DNA from: Balanoglossus misakiensis | Lineage: Eukaryota > Animalia > Hemichordata | Length of the DNA: 64,000 nt | Assembly (NCBI GenBank): GCA_040954595.2 | Contig: CM082582.2 | Span: 11,461,483-11,525,482 of the forward strand | Direction of reading: 5' to 3' | In this document: piece after piece, positions 12,795 through 25,185 of the stretch | Numbering within the stretch: position 1 is the stretch's first letter | How the letters are laid out: each line of letters starts with the position of its first letter | Notes under the pieces: generated by a model | Told to the model about the DNA's origin: nothing | Databases searched by the model: none | Seen by the model: only the letters and a program-made list of their open reading frames with translations | Program-made: the position numbers and the translations under genes

Positions 12795-14102
12795 TTCTGT
12801 TTGTCTATCATTAAAATCTTTCATCTTCGCTTGGATCTGAAAAGAAAGAACTCCAAAATTGACAGGCTACACTTACCTCCGTACTGGTTATTGTTATAGA
12901 TGTCGATGTCTGTGAACTTGATCGAGATAGCGGTGAAGGGACTCATGGTTCGGAACGTCAGCGAGCATTCAGAAGGGACACCAATAGCGTTGTGATAAGC
13001 GTTCGGGTACCCGTCATGTGACTTGACCACACCGCCGATGGACTGAACGTACGAATACGACCCACATGCTGAAAGACGCACCGTTTGTGTCGTTAAAGAT
13101 AGACATACATGCACTTCGCATATCGTATCGGACGTGAAAGAATACACGACCACTTCGCTGACTAGTACCCAAATTGGATCGCATTTCAAAACAATTTTAC
13201 AATACAAACAGTACAAACCTATCACATCCGGTCCGGACGCAATGTCGGTCGGATCTCCCGAGAAAGCCATGTACGTGGCGTAAAAACCGTCGCTTGTGAC
13301 CGCATTATCAGATGTGAAAACCAAGTACAGATGATTGGACGTGGAAACGAAGTCGATGGGCAGACTGGACCCGGTTAGTTCTTGGTGTACTGAGTAGGTG
13401 TACGGGTCAGCTCCATCATACAGGTGTAGATAATCGAAGCCGCTCTCTAGATCAAACTCATTGAAGCTGAGCTGAGAAATGAAGCGCCAAAACGTATAGT
13501 GATTGGTTGACATTCGTATTTTACTCCGGACCAAAATTGTATTGTCGTAGAATAAACATGTACTGAATATGTTATCAAAGGCCACGGCTACTGCCCCTTT
13601 GCCCCTTTAAAGTTAACTACTCACACGAATACGATGGCCCAATGACACCTCTATTTCGTAATTGCAGGTGGCATCGTCACTATATTTATTTGGATAATTT
13701 GGTGAACTGAGTATCCCTCCAGTTCCGGTGTATGTACCACCGCATTCGCCGACAGCTCGACGATCTGAAAAGGAGAATAAAACACATTCCTAAATATTCC
13801 AACATATGTCACAGAACTGAGGAAAATCTCAATGTTCAAAAGATTTATATCTAAAACCCACAACCATGTGTGTGTGTTTGTACAGGTCTGTATGTATATG
13901 TATGTGCCCCCTATGTGTGTGCGAGTGTCGTTATCTGGGCTAGATAGTCATCTTACGTACCCCTATTTCGTCGCCTGATTCTCAAATCCGCCTTGGGGTG
14001 ATCCTTGATTTCTTCCTCGATTACAGCGGGACCAGCATCACCGAGGCACTCGCACATTACAGCGAGGAGCAGCCAAATCACGTGTATCAAACTCGGTCTC
14101 AT
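11395..14102 (-). CDS. R2: SP - CUB - divergent CUB - LDLa - TM - PPxY tail (~526 aa)
   Basis: Exons 14102-13961, 13764-13625, 13471-13219, 13068-12877, 12706-12518, 12378-12241, 12042-11802, 11680-11395, in phase. SP MRPSLIHVIWLLLAVMCECLG; LDLa CDLGHCISDILACDGHDHCPDGSDELYC; TM MIGGIIGGVAVFFVMY; tail PYQFE..YPPPPP..PPPSYEEAV. Confidence 0.88.
12077..12140 (-). mobile_element. Possible Tc1/mariner (pogo-like) MITE end fragment in an R2 intron
   Basis: Minus strand reads TA-CAGTCAAACCTGTGTTAATGGCCACCTCTATAAAGTGGTCAC..., a TA+CAGT terminus with short repeated GGCCAC/GACCAC units. The partner end was not found. Confidence 0.35.
12752..12793. repeat. (TCTG)n microsatellite in an R2 intron
   Basis: Directly visible. 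Confidence 0.9.
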
Positions 14103-14400
14103 CGCGACCGGTCGATGGCTTCCGGAAGTGCTAATAAAGCTTCCAACCGCACTGTTGGGAGATGCGATGCCGGTATCTAAAATGGAGACGTAATAACACA
14201 GTTTGATTTCGAACATTTAGTCCCCCTTTGCCAAACATGACACGCTGGTGGCCGTATTTGCATCCCCGAAACATTGGTCAGCTATGGTAAAAATAGAATG
14301 GCAGATATTGAACGGCACGAATACATTATCCGGCTTACAACACGTAGCGTTACGACAACATCTGTGATCTTGATATGCTAAACAACTTCTCAATCACATG

Positions 14401-15003
14401 AACCAATCACAGGCATCACAAAATGCACCTGGTGAATGACACATTTCGATTAGATAATTGTCAGTCAGCGCATTTGTCAGGTGATCAGTGAGGTGCCACG
14501 TTTCCATCATTCGGAACTCAACCTTTGACATACATTTGTACAATATTTGGCATGGCTGAAAGTAGTGACGAGAATGGTCTGTTCATTTCCCAGAGCAATT
14601 TCCAACGCCCAAGCGAAAGTGAAGGTCATGACGGTGACGATATGGACTGGATTTTCCACGACTTCGGTAGCCTCATTGAAGATATTGTACATAACCCATC
14701 GGTCATGGAAATGGTTTGACGAAAATCGAGGGAGCCTCTTCTCCTGGCCTGCAGCCCCATTGCGCATATCATCTACTGTAAGTACACTGCACTCTTTTAC
14801 TGCAATCTGTTATTTTATTGATTAGGAATTTTCAATTGTACGTCAGCAAGGTACATGTACTTCAAAGAAGTTCTGGTACGTCGCTAAAGACCCGAAACTT
14901 TCAGGCGAAACCGCCTGTGAGGTAGAAATGAAACCCTAAACAAGATTCGAGCCAAGTGTACACCTGGAAGCAGTGCTTCCCGGGGAGGCAGCATTTCTTT
15001 CAA
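14401..15003 (+). repeat. Unclassified dispersed repeat, copy 1 (upstream of the R2 CDS, probably in its 5' intron)
   Basis: Colinear with 55702-56319, with many shared blocks (CCAATCACA, TGACACATTTCGATT, CCATCATTCGGAACTC, AAGTGAAGGTCATGAC, GGACTGGATTTT, GCAAGGTACATGTA, CCGAAACTTTCAGGCG, GAGGTAGAAATGAAACC, GTGTACACCTGGAA, GAGGCAGCATTT). Confidence 0.8.
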
Positions 15004-15695
15004 AACGAGCAATGAACAATATCTGGATATTGCACTGCACCAGTGCAATATCTCAGCGTACAAAATGCAATAGCGCAGATCATGTCCCACGAGAACAGAG
15101 AGTCCGAGCGCATGTAGTGTTGTAACACGAGGTACTGCATGTACTAGTATGACGCCAGTAATGGAGGCTGATCCGTCCATTGCCTGTGTCTTCATGGGAG
15201 CTAACGGAGTAACTAACGCGCAGGTGCGTCATTAGTGAAATTGTGAAAAATTAGAGTGACCTAGTTGTGCATAGCATAGGCTGATGTTGTATGGATAGAA
15301 ACAAATATGTCAATACTTTCAAAGTAACCTATGGAAGAATGACTTACCAGTAGACGCTCGTATTGTCTGATTCACTTGATTGTTACCTATGAAAGCAGAT
15401 CGAAGCAGTAGACAGCTACTGGGCACTGGAATTGTTCAAGCTGTCGATTCGATCACAACGAGTAATTACTACTATGCTCCCCGGGTAAATACCGGATTGG
15501 TATAAGGAGGTCTTGTGATATCTAGCGCCTTGGCATTTTCATTTTAGATTAGATCACGTTAGATCCTTTAAAAGCTGGGCACAGGCGATCCGCTATGGCA
15601 CTACACCCCTGGTGCTTTCCCTTTTGGCGTAATAGTCTGTGACGTCACATGTCATTGTCCAGAGGTTATTGTCCAAAGCCCTTGTGTTCGCCCCT

Positions 15696-15709
15696 GTTCC
15701 TATAGCGAC
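15696..15709. promoter_or_regulatory. RFX X-box-like motif upstream of R2
   Basis: GTTCCT-AT-AGCGAC matches RTHNYY-WT-RRNRAC; flanked by TGACGTCA (15640, 15830) and TGAGTCA (15734); putative non-coding exon donor at ~15348. Confidence 0.55.
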
Positions 15710-16239
15710 CGATGACCAAGGCTCATAGGGTATTGAGTCATGCACAAAACATGGCCTGCGGTTGGTGTTCCTTCTCCTATCTCGAGCGAGGTGGCCCCGT
15801 CTCGCCGAAGACTGCACAAATTTATTTCATGACGTCACTGTACAGATGTGATACTTGGGGAGGAATTTTTCATTTGTGATTGGACCGTATGACACAATAT
15901 TAAACGCAGAAGTTTATTGTTATGAAGGTAAAACTCAAAACAACAGTCGTGTTACAGTTTGCAATAACAGTTTGTATTTACGAAGTACACATACAAATCT
16001 AATCACTGTTTATAAGTTATGTGAAATAATTAAGATAGAAAAATAACAAAAATATGTTCAGGTAGGGAAACGCCTGTACAATGGCCCGAAATACGATTCC
16101 TTCACTATTACTTATAATGTTGTAAACATTCTAATCTTGTAGAATTGCCACTGGCGGCGCTACACCTACACCACAGTCCGCCATCGCCAGCCGTCGGACG
16201 GTGTGAACACGCCCAACACGTGAGTCGTGTTCACACGTG

Positions 16240-19200
16240 TCACGTCACTGGGTATGACGTGACCTGGCCCGAAATAACTTCATCATACGTTGGTGGGGCT
16301 GGTTCCTCTGTTGCGTAGGATACTGGAGGGTCAGTTGGAAGTTTACTTTCTTCCTCTGTTGCATAGGACAGCGGAGGAGCAGTTGGAATTGCTCGGTGGT
16401 CGTCCTCTTCTTCGTCGTCGTTGTCGAAGTCGGTGTCGCTGCTATCTTGCGTTGGCGGTTTGGTTGATTTGCGTGGGTGATCCCCGGGAAGAGTTGAGAA
16501 TTCGACGTCAAGGCTCAACGTCGAGAATCTGTGGAACAACACAATACATGTAATGCCCGTCAGAGAAAAAGGACATGGTTGGGATTTAACAACTTAATCG
16601 ATTTCGTTAGGATTTTTCAGTCGTCAGTTTCGTTGTAAAAAAAGTCGAATACAATGTATACTGTTGAGATATTAGTCGACATCTGTCAATTTGGTATTGA
16701 CAGATTGCCAGTGAATAATCAGCCTTCTTTCCACAAGTTTCGAGTTATATTTAGATAAAATCCATATCCGTGTAGGCCTATGTCTGATAAAAAATTTCGT
16801 TCTCGTACCCATTTCCACTTGGACCCGAGGTTGATGGTTGTGCCGAAGTTGACGGGGAGGCCCGCGGACGTGATGAAGGCTCCGTCGATGTTGGTTGTGG
16901 TGCAATTGCCTGGGCGTTTACTGTCATTTTTTCGCAGTAGTTGGCTAGTAATACAACCCCGCCCAAAGCTAGGACACTGAGGACACCTCCCATGAGGCCA
17001 CCAATTAGAGCTACGTCGACGCCTAAACACAAAAACGTTCAAAAGGCGAAGAAATATATCATCATATGCCAACTCAAACTCTTCATTAGACAAACGGCAT
17101 GGATGTGAAAAATAAATGATGATGACCACCTCTCGATAAAGATTGAAAATGCAAAAGCTAAATGCGATATGAAAGGGTCCACCGTCGTTTCTAATTAGAC
17201 ACAGAATGTATGATTGTTTAACATAAAGAAGACGCACCATTGGCATTTTCTCCCAAGTTACAGTTGGACTCATCCGAGCCATCTGAGCAATGTTCGCGGC
17301 CATCACACACAAAGACGTACGATATACAACGGCCTCGACCAACGCAGAGAAACTCGCCTGGACTGTCGCACTCTGTACCAGTAGCTGCAACATTTTAAAT
17401 CAGTCAACACACACACAAATTTATTGGTTGATCTTGAAAGAAGCCGACATTTGTGAACAAATGTGCAAGTAATTGATTTGCTTGACTTCTTCACGTGGTC
17501 GTAAATGGCGTAGTCACAATTCAAGAGTTCTCAATATGACGTTTCTCCCTCTTGTGTGGTAGACCTGATGACGTCATATGCTCTTAGACTATTTTAACCC
17601 ACTAATTTGTTCGCATTGATCCCATTCTGATAATTTTTTTAAAAGTTCAAGTCGAAAGATCCCCCCCCCCACACTGCAAGACCATGGCCACTAGCTAATA
17701 TCTTGCAAGACGTACTCACGATAATAAAACTGCACATAAGTTCCTTGAAATCCACGATGTTGCTCTGTTGGCCATGCGGTGATATAAAAATGCAAAGTTG
17801 CTTCTAACAAAAGTTGGACAGTGGTTCCCACCTGGGGCCCACCGTCGCAGTACGTGAAATCGGAATCCCCGTTTGTGAATACCAGTACATCGCTGTTGTC
17901 GCAACCTGTAATGCCATATTCGACGTAGTGAATGAATGGTGCGTTGTAAAAGAGGTCATTGACCCTGACTGGGAAACTGAAGCCACATAACATTAAAATA
18001 ATCCTCGTCGCACTTGATGAATATAGCTGAGCCCACAAACTATCTACCGTATATACGACACAACAATTGTGTCCTTTATAATTATTCTTCAGGTTTAAAA
18101 AACAACAACCAACCGACTAAACAAACAAACGAACAAAAAACTACGCGAAATTGTTTTCTCACCTGGATCCATACTACTAGTATTTCCGTAAATATCGAGA
18201 TCTGTAAAATTTACTGAGATGTGGGTGAAGGGATATAGGGCCCTGAATGTCAGCGAGCATTCCGATAATCCTTCGAGTGCATTGTGGTAAGAATCCGGAT
18301 ATGTATCATGTGATGAGATTACACCACCGATGGACTGTACATATTGATAGGGTAGATAGAGCCCACAAGCTGTAAGACAGAAACATGCGCACAATGGCAT
18401 TAGTTTAAACTCTACATGTGTGAAATTTGAAAGCATGTCAAAAATAAATGTTGGTATCGAGTTTGTTCGTGAATTTAATTAATCAAAGGAAAATTCACAG
18501 GAACGGTGAAACCACACAAACCTGACACGTCCGGTCCGTAGGTAACGTCGGGGAAATCTCCCGCGAAGGATATGTACGTGCCATAAAACCCCTCGCCCGT
18601 TGTTGAAGAGTCGGAATGAAATTCCAAATAAAAGTGATTAGATGTGGACATGACATCATCAAGGACCGTGGAGTCCCCCGAGAATTGTACAAGAAGGTTG
18701 TTATTCGCTTCAGGGCCGTCGTATATCATTACATAGTCGAAGCCACTCTCCGTGTCAAACGAATTGAAGGTGAGCTAAAATGAAATAGAGAAGCGTGATA
18801 GAAACAATTTGCGCGGCAGTAGAACAATCTTTGCCGCATACATCATTTTTGCTTGCAATCAGTTACTGTGACATACGGTCTGCCCTCCCCCGGCCTTTCA
18901 ACTAAAGTTCATGTACATAAAATCTCTAAGACCGCGTAATCCCATTATCCCTGTACATGTATTTTAATATTAATTTACAAGGCAGTTTTTTTTAATAGTG
19001 TACTGCACCCGATCTCCCTCTTCAAAAGAATAATTCAATGTGAAAAATATTCCTTATTATCAACTGACGTCATAATTTCCCAATTCATTGTAACGTTATA
19101 CATGTGAACTCGTGGTCAACATTGACATTGAACTTACAATGATACGGTGGCCTGATGGTACCTCTATATGGTAATTACAGTCGGCTGAATTGCCGTATGA

Positions 19201-19577
19201 GTTCGGGTAGCCCGGGGAACTGAACACTCCGCCAGTACCGGTGTATGTACCACCACAATCACCGACAGCTCGCGGCTCTTGGAAGAAAACACAAAAGTCT
19301 CGGGTTATTCCTAACATGACAGAGATATATAGACGCTATAAAATACACAGAACTGTACTGATCACGTTTACTGTCTGTCTGTAGTTAGGTAGGTAGGTAG
19401 GTAGGTAGGCAGGCAGGTAGGTAGGTTTGTACATAAGTACGCACGTAGATATACTTGCTTACCCCTATCCCGTCGCACAGTGTCAATCTCCAACTTAGTA
19501 TTTCGCCCGATTACATTGGTTTGGGATACCGTGACCAGAAACAATACCATCTGCAAGGGCACGGCACCAATTTCCAT
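16240..19577 (-). CDS. R3: SP - CUB - divergent CUB - LDLa - TM - acidic/PTAP/PPxY tail (~516 aa)
   Basis: Exons 19577-19463, 19277-19138, 18774-18522, 18369-18163, 17905-17720, 17384-17238, 17022-16809, 16528-16240, in phase. LDLa [37 protein letters not shown]; [27 protein letters not shown]; tail [29 protein letters not shown]. Confidence 0.88.
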
Positions 19578-20637
19578 GACGTCTGCGTATTAGGTACCAC
19601 GTGACGTAATAACTGCTGGTAGTGACCGGACAGACAGAACTGCACTCCGGCTCTGCTTGTATTTAAACAATTATTAAGAGTGTGATTCGGTTGGCGCGTT
19701 TAATTGGTGACACGCGGACAAAAGTAATAAATGGGTATTACAAGTCTAACAAACAAGAAGAACCTGGTTTTAGTTTCTATATACCAGGGTTATACGTTAC
19801 TCAACTTTATTGTTTTAAAATTAATATTTTTATTACGGTGATAGGCAAAATGTTGAGAATAAAAAAAAAACTGTTGACAATAACAAAGCGTCACGCAGAA
19901 GATGATAATCAGTTATAAGTGAAGCAATGATAGGCAGTGCCAAACAAACAAAGGACAATTGTCATACTAGAAGAAAGAAACCCAGCGGTGGGTGTGGTTA
20001 CTCTTGCTTGCAATCTGGGTGACCACGTATTTCTGCGTGTTTTATCACCGCACCGGTCTGACTACCAGACACCCCAACTAATGTTCGATGGCAGGTCAAA
20101 TATGCGCGTTTCGAATAATATAAGGTTTGGGGGGGGGGGGGACTAGTCCTATACATCCGTCCATTATAGCCTTGAGAGAGGGCATTCAGAAGTAGGCCAT
20201 TGTCCCTGTGAGACCCGCTGTATATCCGCAGTATACTACATGTATACATATTAAACATAGCTTACCTTAATGCTCGATCTACTCGAGATGACCGATCTAG
20301 GGTAGTTCTGATATTACATAAGACATTTTGTTAAGTCGCCCCGACCTTTGACCTTAAACGCTTTCACTAAGGGAGTAATAAAATACACAGCAGCGATATC
20401 GTACGTGCGCTGTCGACAGCAGTGTTTTGTGTACCTGTTCCTATGACTATAGAGCGGCCCAGTGCATGACGGGTAAACACAAATCAGTTGATGTGAGCCC
20501 AGGCTCCGTAACCCGAATCTGGTAACAGGCATGTGATCATTTGTAACGTCTAGATGAGATCATATGCATTTCTCGGAGTCCGAACTCACCTCAGTCGTCG
20601 GCACACATGATTACTCAGCCACGTCTTGGGGCGACCG

Positions 20638-20651
20638 GTAGCCATAGAAAC
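20638..20651. promoter_or_regulatory. RFX X-box-like motif upstream of R3
   Basis: GTAGCC-AT-AGAAAC is a full consensus match, ~50 bp upstream of a minus-strand GGTGAGT donor at ~20590. Confidence 0.55.
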
Positions 20652-20885
20652 AAGCACGTGATCCGTGATCTAAATCTATTCTTTATTAAAGAGTATTAGA
20701 GTATTTTATTGACTAAAATATGACACATATACACCCGTATGTAGTTCAAGAAATAGTCGTCTCTGCTTGTCAAAGACAGATTCCGTTGTTTCCAGATAAT
20801 CTTATTTTACCGTTTATAATAATCCTTGTAAAGCAGAAATAGACCGTGACCTATTTTACTAGTCTGCGCAGCTGGGACGTCGCTT

Positions 20886-21772
20886 CTACAGGGCGCCACC
20901 AGATGCCGGCTTTTTCTCATTCTTGCGTTGCCAGCAATAAACGCCAACCACTATGGCAACGACTGCTAGTACAACAAATACGGTTACCAGGACAATGACC
21001 AGCGTGTTTACTATAACGGAAAGACAAACGAAAGAAAGTGAATATATTGGCTTGCCTGAAAGTCCCTTACTGGTAGGCGTGTACATAGACGTGTATTATT
21101 CATTCATTCATTTCTATACAGGCCAATATTACTGTACTAAAGTAGGGGGAATGTAATTTCAGGATTTGAATGTAACCATAAGTAACATGACCAAGAGCAC
21201 CCCGGAGGAAAATAATTTCCCTTACCACAGCCGTCTTCGTCTTCTCGATCAGTGCACTGAATATAATCATCACAGCGTAATTTTTCCGATATACAGTTTC
21301 CAGAACTTTTACATTTAAAGTTATCCCCACCACATTTTGCATCATTGGCTAAAATTGAAAAAAAAAGAAAGAAATTAATTTGAATGAGCAACCGTGTATG
21401 CGCACCTTGTTCCAATGAGTAACGACCTTTCAAATCAATCAATCACTTGACCAAATTTTCTTAAATATGTGGATATGTAAAGTTACTTACAGTGGTAGAA
21501 CAGAGCAAACGTTCCATGAAAGAACTTGTTTGCTTGGATCAGAAAGGCCGCTGTGCCGTTATAACGAACAATAACGGGTAATGCTAACTCGGTTTCCATA
21601 AACGTGCGCTCTCCACACCACGTGTCGGTGACGTCTCCGTTTGTGATTTCGATGTAGTTTTCGCCGTTGCAATCTGTTTTTAAGTCAAAAATATTATCTA
21701 TTAGTATTAAGTATGGAGCATGTAATCTAGCTTGGTAGCGTATCGTCATCATCATCCTCATCATCATCATCC

Positions 21773-21865
<93 letters not shown>

Positions 21866-21866
21866 C

Positions 21867-21934
<68 letters not shown>

Positions 21935-23494
21935 TCATCATCATCGTCAACCACATCAGCAACATTTCCATTCATACTTGAAAAAAGTTCCCTCACCACT
22001 GGAACCGCTAAGCGTCTCTCTCATGGTGAATCTGATCCACATGTGTGTGTATGGACCATGAGCCAAGAACGTTGTCGGTTGTTGCAGTCGTTCGTCGGAA
22101 TCAAAGCCATCAATGCCAGCATCAGGTGAAAATAGTGAGATTATACCGCCCTCCACGTCTAGCGAACGATATCTGGAGCCACTGAAGACTGACAGGAATG
22201 GAGAGGGGGGGGGGGGTAAATTAGACTATGATATCAGATAAAGCGCATAAGGGTGTAGACAGACATTACAAGTGATAAATTTCTGAACCGTGGATGTTGG
22301 TCGCAAATGTAAGACGCAACGTTTTGATAGGCTCCCATCAAGTCACTGTTGCAACAGCTGTACTCATTGGAACTCTATGGCGATTTCCTCTATTTAAAAA
22401 AACAACTTCATGACTTCAAAAGGCAGAAATTCTGATCTTGATTTATGGCCCACCTGGTGCGTTAATCCATCGCTGCCTCGTCCAAGACCGACCATTAAAT
22501 GTCGCGTACGTGACATAAAAGCCTGCCCCCGTACCGGAATCGTCTGATTCAAATTTGAACACGACGGTATTGCTCTGTACATCAAATTTACTCGGCGTAG
22601 TGTTGCCTGTGAAATTCCACACTCTTTGGTGGTTCTCCTCTGTTCCTTCGTACACGTATAAAAAATCTTTGTCCGTCTCCAGATCGAGAAATGTGAATCT
22701 CAGCTGAAATGAATGAGCTGAATGTTAGTCTGTTACTTTGACAGTGACAGCGACAACCGGCATATTATAAAACACACAGGAATTTCTGATAGTGTAATTT
22801 GCATAACAATGTAAACACTTGTTATGTTAATTAAGTTCTATTGTCTCTGGGGAGAACACCGCCGCATCAACTGTAGAATTAGAAACAGGCCCTCCATGTC
22901 GATATTCTGTCATTGAAAATAGCATTTACTTCCACGTAATAACTGTTCAGTAATTGGCTCGCTTACCTCAAACTTGTAATATTGAGGCGCGTCTATTCGG
23001 TAGGTGCAGTTGGCTAAGTTGCCATATTCCGACGGATAGTTCGGTGAGCTGATAACGCCAACTGGCGCAGTAGAGTAGTCATTGCAATCAACGCCGCGAC
23101 GTTCTAGAAGTGAATAAAAGGATGCTTGAATGAACGAACGAAACAACGAATGAATGGATGATAAACCGAATGGACGTTACACGCCGCAGCAGCAGCAGCG
23201 AGCGAATTCTAATTCTGCTTCGTTACAAACAGTTCGGATCACGGCACCGAGAACCCGTGGAATTGTCAATCATTGTTGATATGACACTTAATGCTCTACC
23301 GAGATTTAGTCATCCAGTTCCTCATATCATACACTGTCTGTCACACAGGCAAAGTACTGATAACCGAACAACACACACACACCCACCCCCCTCACATACA
23401 AAAACCCACCTCTGCTATGGTGTTTACTCTCAGCACCGCATAAGTGAGCCGCTACCAGCAGCACCATGACCATGCGCAGTTTGGAGGCGTCCAT
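20886..23494 (-). CDS. R4: SP - CUB - divergent CUB - LDLa - TM, tailless (~358 aa)
   Basis: Exons 23494-23428, 23103-22967, 22703-22454, 22188-21997, 21673-21491, 21348-21226, 21010-20886. SP MDASKLRMVMVLLVAAHLCGA; LDLa CGGDNFKCKSSGNCISEKLRCDDYIQCTDREDEDGC; TM LVIVLVTVFVVLAVVAIVVGVYCW, then only ~15 aa to TAG; minus-strand AATAAA at ~20705-20710. Confidence 0.85.
21746..21946. repeat. Compound trinucleotide microsatellite (CAT)n-(CAA)n-(CAT)n in an R4 intron
   Basis: Directly visible; about 120 bp of CAT repeats followed by about 65 bp of CAA repeats, between exons 22188-21997 and 21673-21491. Confidence 0.95.
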
Positions 23495-25185
23495 ATTGTT
23501 AAAGTCCCTCAGTTTAATTTCCTCACCTGGGTAGACCGAAAGAACGAATAAACGATTGAAGAAAAGTGATTTTAGGCTGGAAAGCTTTGCAGGCCATTCA
23601 AAGCTATTGTGTAAAGGCTCCGTTGAACAATGAAAACAAAGTTACAATAGCCACAATTCCAGAGACCCTTGTTCACTTCTGATCATGCATTTTGTGAAAT
23701 TTGCATACATTATAGGTCGCTTGTGTTTGGTTCGATGTGTACGAAGGCCAAATGGAATGTGATCATCGAAATTCGTGAGATATTTGGACCGCACAGTGTC
23801 CGTCCAATGGTCCCAGCAGCAGAAACACAGAAATGGGATTTTGGTGTTGGAGCAATTTATACGTGTTTCTTTGCATACCACTGTATTTGTGGATTGTGGA
23901 GTTTAAAGGCACACGCCATGTCTATCAGATTGATCCGAAAGCAACTGTTTAACGCGATGAATATTCCAATGGCAAACAGGGAATTTTCACCACTGACATA
24001 ATGTCAACAGGTACTGAAGTGAAAACGAGGGATCAGTAATTGCCTCTTTAAGTTGAACTAAATTGCGATGTTGTGACTATAAAATGGTAATAGTTTAAAA
24101 TTAGTAAACGCGACGTTTTGCAAGATGAGGGAGGCATATACATCGCCTCCAGTGCAATTAGATAGAGGATGATCAGACCCAGGAGATGAGCAGGGAGAGT
24201 GGTGATTTTCTGCAAAGGAAATGACTTACAGATAACGAATTATGCCTTGATTATATTGCTCTTGTTGACATAAATATCCAGAACCATCGAATCACCAGGA
24301 TACGAATCCTGTGAAATAAATCGTACTTACCACGATCGGATTCTGCTGCGTCAATATTCAGTCGCTGCCTACAAGAGTGTACTAATGGCCTGTCTGGCGT
24401 CGAAGAGACGGTTTATTCAGAAGCTGACAATGCCATGCGGGTGGGGCAGTTTCACTAGTTACGTAACGTGAGGTAATTGATTTATTTGATTAAAGCCCAG
24501 TGGGCTGTGTGCAAAAACACACCTACCTGTTAGGCTGTGTGACTGCTTGCTATAAAGGCACGACTTGTCGTCCAAGATACACGTATATAGGAATTAGTCG
24601 CAGGCAATGGGGAGGTCAAGGTTGTCTCATTTTGACGGTCACGAACATTGAAAGTATCACACGAGGAAACCTCGTGCATTTGATCGTGGTCGTAAAATGA
24701 GAAATTTAATGTATAGACGGATCGGTCGATTCACTCAATAAGTTTAATAGTACGCATTAAATTTTACCGTTTCTTCGTCATCATGTAATTGTAATTCTAT
24801 TGTAATTCTACCGTCACCATGTAATTGACAAAAATAATCATTCCATTTTCATATCACGTGATTGATTCGAGCAAATCACGTCACAGCATGAGCATAATGT
24901 GTTATAAATTAAAATAGGGCCTAACTATCTCGAAAATGTTTGCATTTCAAAGTACAGCGAAGGTTAACAACTGCTTTGTCACGTTAACCAAGAGAAAGTT
25001 TTGTTAATTTTATGAACATAATTATACAAATCTTAAGGGGACAGGTTAGCTAACAAGTGAAATAGGGTTCAGGAGTGCTATTTACACATGTACATCTATT
25101 TATGCTATTTACATTCTGCCAAAATGAATGCTAAACTTCCAAAATACAGCACACGATATATATTTTACAAAGTCTGTGGAAACAT

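Noticed and set aside
21483-22061. ORFs with poly-Met/Leu, poly-Asp/Val and poly-His/Gln
   Set aside because: Translation artefacts of the intronic (CAT)n(CAA)n microsatellite; the flanking exons splice in phase around it.
20886-23494. R4 as a pseudogene
   Set aside because: All seven exons are in frame with canonical splice sites, the Cys loss is paired and a polyA signal follows; better read as a truncated functional gene, pending expression data.
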